This document shows, piece by piece, positions 58,365 to 64,000 of a stretch of 64,000 nt of DNA. Position 1 is the first letter of the stretch; each line of letters opens with the position of its first letter. The position numbers and the translations under genes are program-made. This DNA comes from Candidatus Actinomarinales bacterium (GTDB lineage Bacteria; Actinomycetota; Acidimicrobiia; Actinomarinales; Actinomarinaceae), in assembly GCA_004213405.1 (NCBI GenBank), contig SGYR01000001.1, forward strand, positions 80,859 to 144,858, in the 5' to 3' direction. The notes beneath the pieces were generated by a model. The model had not been told where the DNA came from, did not search any database, and saw nothing but the letters and a program-made list of their open reading frames with translations.

Positions 58365-59832
58365 ATCTTCTAGCAAACGTAAGAGTTCCAAATATTATAA
58401 AAATATAATTTAAATAATTTCCATATTTGCTGTACGGAGTTTCTGTTTTTCTTACCTCAAGTTTTTCATTTAATGTTGTTGTTTCAAATAATTCAGTTTT
58501 AGAAATAACTTTTCCATTGTGATCTATGAACGCTGATTTACCAGTAATTGCTGCATGTACAATTGGTCTGTCGTTTGAAATTGCATTTGCCCTGGACATT
58601 AATATAAATTGGTCCGACATCCCGCTTTCTCCATAGCTTGCTTGGTTAGTAAGGATTACAACTAACTCTGCACCATCCAAGACACTGTTTCTGATGTATC
58701 TTTGGAAAGACCCTTCAAATGAAATAACAGTTGATATTTTTGTATTATTAACCATAAATATTTTTTGACCATCTCCCCTAATCATGTCACGAGGAACTAG
58801 TGCTAGTGGTGGAATCCAATCTAAATATTTTCTAAAAGGGATATATTCTCCAAATGGCACTGGATGCTGTTTTAAATATTGATCTACAACCTCTCCTTTT
58901 CTATTAATAAAGATTCCATAATTTTCGAAATATTCTTTTTGTACAGGTCTGTCTCCCCCAATTAAAAAATATGAATCTAATCTCAAAGCTTGGGTAGAAA
59001 CATCATTTTGAACTCTACTATGTACTCCTGGATCATTGTTAAATCCAGTTGAGCTCTCAGGCCAAACTACTAAATCAAAATTCCCTTCGAGAGATTGTGT
59101 TTGAGCTAAATGGCTATCATAAATTTTTTGCCTTTCATTGCTGCATCTGTTTTTTGCACCAGGACAAGGACTGTTTCCTTGAACGATTGTAATATTGAGT
59201 TCTGATGTTTCTAACTGAGTGTACTGATAGTCATTAACAACATAATTTGAAATGAATATTGTGAAAATTATTAATAAAAATATGCTGTAATCCTTTAAGT
59301 AATTTTTTGGTTTGCTTTTTGAAAAAACACCAAGTGCAATTACTAAAGGAAGAGATTGTAATAAAAGCGAAGATCCCGTTGGTCCAAAGTTTCTGAATAT
59401 CAAAGGTACTGCAAAAAATAATGGGCTATCTATGGGGCCTGTCAGTAAAACTGTTGATGGAAAACCCCAAGGAAATCCTCCAAAAGGAAAATATGCTCTG
59501 ATCAAATCGAAGACTGCTAACGCTGCCAACAATACATAGAAATTATTTCCAGATTTTGTATTTAGATAAGAAAATAATTTTGAGAATACTCCATACATTA
59601 ACCCCATTAAAAATGTCAACGGTATCCAAGCTTCCAGTCCTATTGATTGAATTCCTAATAGAATCACGCCGTAAGCAACACACCCAAAGATAAACCCTGG
59701 CAGAAAAGATTTTTTACTTGAAAGCAATGAATAATAAAAAAGATAAAGTGCAGGAAATATTAAATACCAAAAATCATAAGGAGGGAAACTTAAGAAGTAG
59801 AGCAAGCCGGCAATAATGGCGTTCATAAACAT
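58345..59832 (-). CDS. lnt: apolipoprotein N-acyltransferase
   Basis: 495 aa. N-terminal multi-TM domain (LSFPPYDFW), followed by a CN-hydrolase domain (VVWPES..., SFEG). Confidence 0.85.
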   Translation of the reverse strand: MFMNAIIAGLLYFLSFPPYDFWYLIFPALYLFYYSLLSSKKSFLPGFIFGCVAYGVILLGIQSIGLEAWIPLTFLMGLMYGVFSKLFSYLNTKSGNNFYVLLAALAVFDLIRAYFPFGGFPWGFPSTVLLTGPIDSPLFFAVPLIFRNFGPTGSSLLLQSLPLVIALGVFSKSKPKNYLKDYSIFLLIIFTIFISNYVVNDYQYTQLETSELNITIVQGNSPCPGAKNRCSNERQKIYDSHLAQTQSLEGNFDLVVWPESSTGFNNDPGVHSRVQNDVSTQALRLDSYFLIGGDRPVQKEYFENYGIFINRKGEVVDQYLKQHPVPFGEYIPFRKYLDWIPPLALVPRDMIRGDGQKIFMVNNTKISTVISFEGSFQRYIRNSVLDGAELVVILTNQASYGESGMSDQFILMSRANAISNDRPIVHAAITGKSAFIDHNGKVISKTELFETTTLNEKLEVRKTETPYSKYGNYLNYIFIIFGTLTFARRFIRPVD

Positions 59833-59869
59833 ATGCTTACATGTTAATAATCCCCCTAGTTGAAATAAA

Positions 59870-60604
59870 CTAATTTATGTTTCTCAAAATAACATACAGC
59901 CCAGAAATAATGGAAAAATAAGTTACTGACTGGGCAATGAAACTGTCTGAGACTTTTGAGAAAAGCGAGCTAGAAACTCTAATGCCTACCAAAACAACTG
60001 GAAGAAATAACATAAATAAAAGTAGGTGGTCAATATAAAGATTGCCACTTAGAATTAAAAGAGACAATGTAATCAAAATGCCTATGCTAAATACACTATT
60101 GAGAGAAGGTCTAAATTCCTGAGATTTAGTGTTCCTATAAAGCAAAGCTACAGGAGGACCACCAATGGCTGCAATCATCCCAAAAATACCTGAAAAAGTA
60201 CCTGCAAAAAAGGAATTCAAAGTATTTCTGTTAATTTCCCACCCAAAAAAAGAGCCTGCACCTGCTATAAAAACAATAAGTCCAACAGAGATTGATAAAT
60301 ATTTTTCGGATAAGTTTAATAATAATAAGAGTCCAATTGGTCCTCCTATTAATCGGCCTAAAATAAGTGGCTTGACTTTAGATAAATCAACTTCGTCTTT
60401 TTCTCGGTAAAAAACTCTTAAAGCAAGTGGCAAACCAAGTAACGCGAGCAGTTGAGGCACAAGACTAGGCTCAATTTGAACAATTATTGGTGAAGCAACA
60501 ACAGCAAATCCAAAACCCAAAACGCCTTGAACGGCAGAGCCAATAAAAAGTAATATTGCAATAAAAATTACTTCAAATAGCGTTAAGTCAAACGGTAGAT
60601 TCAA
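59870..60604 (-). CDS. TauE/SafE-family (DUF81) anion permease
   Basis: 244 aa. Typical LLFIGSAVQGVLGFGFAVVASPI N-terminus and an internal duplication. Its TTG start overlaps the stop of the selenoprotein gene (TTGA). Confidence 0.8.
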   Translation of the reverse strand: MNLPFDLTLFEVIFIAILLFIGSAVQGVLGFGFAVVASPIIVQIEPSLVPQLLALLGLPLALRVFYREKDEVDLSKVKPLILGRLIGGPIGLLLLLNLSEKYLSISVGLIVFIAGAGSFFGWEINRNTLNSFFAGTFSGIFGMIAAIGGPPVALLYRNTKSQEFRPSLNSVFSIGILITLSLLILSGNLYIDHLLLFMLFLPVVLVGIRVSSSLFSKVSDSFIAQSVTYFSIISGLYVILRNIN

Positions 60605-60837
60605 CCAAGATCTTCTTCAATTAATTTAAGAATTTCTCCATCTTCTGAGTGTCTTCCAAGTTCTTTTTTTGAAAATAATAATTTTTCATTTAAATGAAAT
60701 TCAAATACTCCACCACCGCTTGGAATTAGTTGAATGTTCGTAACTTTGTTACCGTAAACTTCTAAGATATCTTCAATCGTGCCAACTGCACGAGGTGTGT
60801 AGTTTCAAACTACACAAAATTCAAGTTTGATTTCCAT
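60601..60837 (-). CDS. SelW-like / Rdx-family selenoprotein (CxxU redox motif); UGA at 60807..60805 read as selenocysteine
   Basis: Absent from the ORF track because of the in-frame TGA. My translation is MEIKLEFCVVUNYTPRAVGTIEDILEVYGNKVTNIQLIPSGGGVFEFHLNEKLLFSKKELGRHSEDGEILKLIEEDLG*. It fits the Rdx pattern (IEYC..U....RA...L......V.LIP..GG.FEV...G.L..SK...GR.PE) with U in the CxxU position. The 237-nt span is exactly in frame. Confidence 0.85.
60778..60816 (-). promoter_or_regulatory. candidate SECIS structures at the SelW-like UGA
   Basis: Two structures. (1) A perfect 9-bp palindrome UGUGUAGUU-UGA-AACUACACA with the UGA as its loop (60796..60816). (2) A hairpin U-CGUGC-AGUUG-GCACG-A that begins after an 11-nt spacer downstream of the UGA (60778..60792). 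Confidence 0.5.
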
Positions 60838-60874
60838 AACTAAATACTATCATATAAAAAGTTAAAGGAGTTGA

Positions 60875-62773
60875 GTGTACAACTATTCAGATATATCTTT
60901 AGGAAAATTAGAAGAAGACTTAAAAAATACAATCGAAGAATGTAAAGCTTTGGTTAGTAATATTAAATCTTCTGAAAATATCGATTTATCGAATTTTAAT
61001 GAACTGGAGAGTACAATTTATGACCTTTCTGGACGCATTGCGTTTATGGGAGATGTACATCCAGATGAAAAAATAAGAAATTTTGGAAATGAAGCAGATT
61101 CAAAAATACAAAATCTTGCACTTGAAATATTTAAAGATCAAGGTCTATACGAAAAGTTTAAAGAAATAGAAACTAAAAATTTAGATGAAGAATCGAAAAC
61201 ATTTTATAGAGATTTAGAAATTGACTTCAAAGATGCAGGACATGGTCTATCAGGTGAAAAAAAGGATAGACTCACAGAAATCGAAAAAAAGCTTATAGAT
61301 CTCAGCATTTCTTTTTCAGAAAATATTGCAAAGGACAAAACTGAAGTTATGTTTTTGGAAGATGAACTAAAGGGTCTGAGTCAAAACGAACTTAAAAACT
61401 TGAAGAAAAATAATGATAGTTTTGTTATAACGATGGCATATCCAGACATCAATGCTGTTATGGAAAACTGCAGTGTGAGAACGACTAGAGAAATTGTTTG
61501 GAAAGCTTTTAACAATCGAGCTGTAAAAGAAAATAGTCCGATTCTTGAAGAAGCTGTTCAACTAAGAAATGAAAAAGCTTTGTTGTTTGGATTTAAAACT
61601 TGGGCTGAATATAGATTACAGAATAGGATGGCAAAGTCACCGAAAAATGTAACGTCAATGTATGAAAGCTTGATTCCAAAATTACAAAAAGCAGCTGAAG
61701 TAGAAAAAAGTGAACTTGCTATAGATAACATCGAAATTTCTGATATAACACCTTGGGATATACGTTATTTTATTTCAAAAGAAAGAAGTAAAGTAAGCAA
61801 TATTGAGAATAGTGAATTAAAAAAATTCTTTTACATACATGATGTGAAAACTGAAATGTTTAAAGTTTGTGAAGAAGTATTTGATTTGCATATAAAACCT
61901 GAATCGAATGAAACTGCATGGCATGAAGATGTTGAGCTTTGGTCTTTATGGGAAAAAAATGGTCAACAATTAGCATATTTTTATTTAGACCTTTATCCAA
62001 GAGAAGGAAAATTTACACACGCTGCAGTATTCGATATATCTTCTGGTGGATCTAGCAGACAAGAGTTGCCAATATGCTCAATGGTTGCAAATTTCCCAAA
62101 CCCGAACGCAGGAGATGGGTTAATGACTTTCGATGAAGTTGAAACTCTTTTTCACGAATTTGGCCATGTTCTACACAACGGAATTGGAAAATCAAAATAT
62201 ACGAGATTTGTTGGTGCAAACTGTGAATGGGACTTCGTCGAAGCACCAAGTCAAATTATGGAGCATTGGGTATGGAAAGTAGAATGTATGAAAAGAATTT
62301 CAACGCATATTGAATCTGGTGAATCACTGTCTGAAGAAATATGTGAAAAATTAAATAAATCAAAAAATATTGGAGTTAGTTTACTTACACTCAGGCAGGT
62401 TTCATTTAGTCTTGCAGATCAGCATTTACATGGTGAAAACTTTAAAGACAGCCTTTTAGAAATAGAACATGCAGCTCAAAAAGTTACAACAATAACATAT
62501 CCGAAAGATATCAATCATCTAGCAGCTTTTGGACATTTACTAGGTGGGTATGATGCAGCTTATTATGGTTATTTGTGGGCTGAAATAATCGGTGATGACT
62601 TGTTTAGTAGATTTGAAAATGAAGGGGTATTGTCTAGTTCTGTTGGTGTTGACTATAAAAATAAAATTCTAAAGCCTGGAGGAACTGTACCTGCTGAAAA
62701 CATGGTTCAGGACTTTTTAGGTAGAAAATGGAATGATGAGGCCTTTTTTTCCCAAAAAAACTTGTCAAAATAA
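60875..62773 (+). CDS. M3-family metallopeptidase (oligopeptidase A / thimet / Dcp-like)
   Basis: 632 aa. HEFGHVLH zinc motif with a downstream E (EAPSQIMEHW). GTG start preceded by an AAAGGAG SD. Confidence 0.9.
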   Translation: MYNYSDISLGKLEEDLKNTIEECKALVSNIKSSENIDLSNFNELESTIYDLSGRIAFMGDVHPDEKIRNFGNEADSKIQNLALEIFKDQGLYEKFKEIETKNLDEESKTFYRDLEIDFKDAGHGLSGEKKDRLTEIEKKLIDLSISFSENIAKDKTEVMFLEDELKGLSQNELKNLKKNNDSFVITMAYPDINAVMENCSVRTTREIVWKAFNNRAVKENSPILEEAVQLRNEKALLFGFKTWAEYRLQNRMAKSPKNVTSMYESLIPKLQKAAEVEKSELAIDNIEISDITPWDIRYFISKERSKVSNIENSELKKFFYIHDVKTEMFKVCEEVFDLHIKPESNETAWHEDVELWSLWEKNGQQLAYFYLDLYPREGKFTHAAVFDISSGGSSRQELPICSMVANFPNPNAGDGLMTFDEVETLFHEFGHVLHNGIGKSKYTRFVGANCEWDFVEAPSQIMEHWVWKVECMKRISTHIESGESLSEEICEKLNKSKNIGVSLLTLRQVSFSLADQHLHGENFKDSLLEIEHAAQKVTTITYPKDINHLAAFGHLLGGYDAAYYGYLWAEIIGDDLFSRFENEGVLSSSVGVDYKNKILKPGGTVPAENMVQDFLGRKWNDEAFFSQKNLSK

Positions 62774-62802
62774 AGTTGTCATCTAAAATAAAAGTGTTAA
62801 GC

Positions 62803-62820
62803 TTGTGAATATATTCACAA
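62803..62820. promoter_or_regulatory. perfect 18-bp palindrome containing a consensus CRP/FNR-family site TGTGA-N6-TCACA
   Basis: TTGTGAATATATTCACAA, centred about 27 nt upstream of ATG 62839 and directly followed by a TATATAAA -10-like element. Confidence 0.5.
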
Positions 62821-62838
62821 AGTATATAAAGGAATAAA

Positions 62839-63033
62839 ATGACAGACGGATTAAAAGCTAGTCAAATTAAGGGCGGAATAAGGCCATCAAAAAGTTTTGA
62901 CCAGGGCAGAGTATGTAAAGATGAATCTTGCAGTACTCAACTAAGTATATATAACAAAAGAGATCATTGCTTCAACCACGCTCCAGTGAAATATCCTAGA
63001 GTTAGAGGCAGAATTCTCCAAGAAACTGCTTAA
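62839..63033 (+). CDS. small basic zinc-ribbon-like protein (C-x4-C-x12-C-x2-H), paralog of 37954..38157
   Basis: 64 aa: MTDGLKASQIKGGIRPSKSFDQGRVCKDESCSTQLSIYNKRDHCFNHAPVKYPRVRGRILQETA. SD AAAGGA upstream. Conserved blocks are shared with the dnaK-linked copy. Confidence 0.65.
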   Translation: MTDGLKASQIKGGIRPSKSFDQGRVCKDESCSTQLSIYNKRDHCFNHAPVKYPRVRGRILQETA

Positions 63034-63076
63034 GTTTTAAACCCCCCCTAATGAAATCTCCCCCATGAGATTTCCT

Positions 63077-63108
63077 ATAAGCCCCTATGAAAATAGGGGC
63101 TTATTTTA
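63077..63108 (+). terminator. rho-independent terminator-like hairpin (possibly also an operator) between the small Zn-ribbon gene and copZ
   Basis: ATAAGCCCCTAT-GAAA-ATAGGGGCTTAT followed by TTTTAT. A second hairpin, AAATCTC-CCCCAT-GAGATTT, precedes it at 63054..63073. Confidence 0.6.
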
Positions 63109-63135
63109 TAAACACAACATTATTATTATTCAACT

Positions 63136-63345
63136 ATGGAAACAAAATTTACTGTACCTGAAATTAGTTGTGGACACTGTAAGGAAACAATTGAGTCAAC
63201 TATAAATAGTCTCGAAAATGTTGAAACTGTCAATGTTGATATTGATCAAAAATCAGTAGAAGTTAAGTCTTCTTCAGATCTAGATTTGTCTCTGGTGTCT
63301 AACATGCTAGATGAACAAGGCTATACAGTTGTCGAATCAAGTTAA
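63136..63345 (+). CDS. copZ: copper chaperone CopZ (heavy-metal-associated domain)
   Basis: 69 aa. ISCGHCKETIE (CxxC) in a beta-alpha-beta-beta-alpha-beta sized domain. Confidence 0.8.
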   Translation: METKFTVPEISCGHCKETIESTINSLENVETVNVDIDQKSVEVKSSSDLDLSLVSNMLDEQGYTVVESS

Positions 63346-64000
63346 ATCTGTCAATTTAGATATTGATGGTATGACTTGTGCGGCTTGTGCTGCAAGAGTT
63401 GAGCGTGTATTAACAAAAAACGAACATGTATTAGACGCATCAGTGAGCTTTCCATTAAAATCTGCAATTGTTGATATCGCAGATGATGAAAGTTTTGATT
63501 TTGATGAAATTATTAAATCAGTAAATAAGATTGGCTATAAAGCAAAAGAAGCTTCTGAAGATAACACTGAAAAAAATATCAAATTTAAAATCTTTACCCC
63601 AATAGCTTCATTATTAATGACTGTTTCTCTTAGGTATTTTTTTGAAGCAAGTCTAGATTTAATCTCCTACCTTATAGGTTTTTTTGTTATTTTAGTTCTT
63701 GGAAGAAATTTCCATATATCTGCGTTTAAAAAAATTAAAAATCTTGATTTCAATATGGACACTTTAATCTCGCTTGGAAGTTTGAGCTCTTTGTTAATTT
63801 CTTTATTACCAGCTGAGCTGGTTTCTTCAGTGAGTTCTGCATCGAGTGAAAATAAAATGTTTCTTGATACTGGAGCTTTTATTGTGTCTTTTTTACTTAT
63901 TGGTAAGGCAGTAGAAGATAGGGTAATAGAAGAGTCTGTGAAAACTTCAGAGTCAATAAAAAGTCGCATGCCAAAAACTCTGATAGTAAATAGAGATAAA
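63311..64000 (+). CDS. copA: copper-translocating P1B-type ATPase, N-terminal part (runs off the window end)
   Basis: Frame reads ...VNLDIDGMTCAACAARVERVLTKNEHVLDASVSF... (HMA domain), then the TM region with FNMDTLISLGS and LLIGKAVEDR. The start is uncertain: ATG 63311 or TTG 63329, both overlapping the copZ end. Confidence 0.85.
   Translation, partial: MNKAIQLSNQVKSVNLDIDGMTCAACAARVERVLTKNEHVLDASVSFPLKSAIVDIADDESFDFDEIIKSVNKIGYKAKEASEDNTEKNIKFKIFTPIASLLMTVSLRYFFEASLDLISYLIGFFVILVLGRNFHISAFKKIKNLDFNMDTLISLGSLSSLLISLLPAELVSSVSSASSENKMFLDTGAFIVSFLLIGKAVEDRVIEESVKTSESIKSRMPKTLIVNRDK

Noticed and set aside
63667-63969. 100-aa minus-strand ORF
   Set aside because: It is antisense to the copA N-terminal membrane region (FNMDTLISLGS etc.), which is clearly the real frame.
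1-64000. Search for CRISPR arrays, IS elements, integrases, prophage genes, toxin-antitoxin pairs or large direct repeats
   Set aside because: I saw no regularly spaced repeats, no transposase- or integrase-like ORFs and no long duplicated nucleotide segments. The only paralogous pair (the small Zn-ribbon genes) is diverged at the DNA level.

Overview
This is a visibly AT-rich, very gene-dense chromosomal segment with about 65 protein genes and one tRNA. I saw no rRNA, CRISPR array, transposase or integrase. Many neighbouring genes overlap at their start or stop codons.

Gene content suggests a streamlined, low-GC actinobacterium, but this is inference only. The supporting genes are dnaK-grpE-dnaJ-hspR, an HrdB-like sigma factor, an F420-type LLM oxidoreductase, lnt and a DUF3159 protein.

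Housekeeping content includes:
- a Bacillus-style caa3 oxidase cluster (ctaA, ctaB, ctaCDEFG)
- hflX, gnd, pepN, aceA, fadE, nadE, proC, purA and purB
- an Aap-type amino-acid ABC system, and the start of copZ-copA

The most interesting signal is a dispersed selenium-decoding trait that the ORF track hides:
- a tRNA-Sec (3629..3720) lies under a false ORF extension
- selD carries an in-frame UGA (Sec in the active-site G-S-G-U-A-C-K motif) followed by a hairpin, so its first 56 codons are missing from the track
- an unlisted 78-codon SelW/Rdx-family selenoprotein (CxxU) is translationally coupled to a TauE/SafE permease
- selD sits in a tightly overlapped operon with an alpha/beta hydrolase and a GT4 glycosyltransferase, which could indicate a selenium small-molecule route (speculative)

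The second notable signal is a pair of paralogous small basic C-x4-C-x12-C-x2-H proteins. One leads the dnaK operon behind a HAIR-like inverted repeat. The other lies upstream of copZ-copA behind a perfect TGTGA-N6-TCACA palindrome.

Other oddities are a cupredoxin / beta-helix / PLDc_N fusion protein, an ABC permease with an inserted barrel-sandwich-like domain, and a YeiB-like gene with no canonical start codon.
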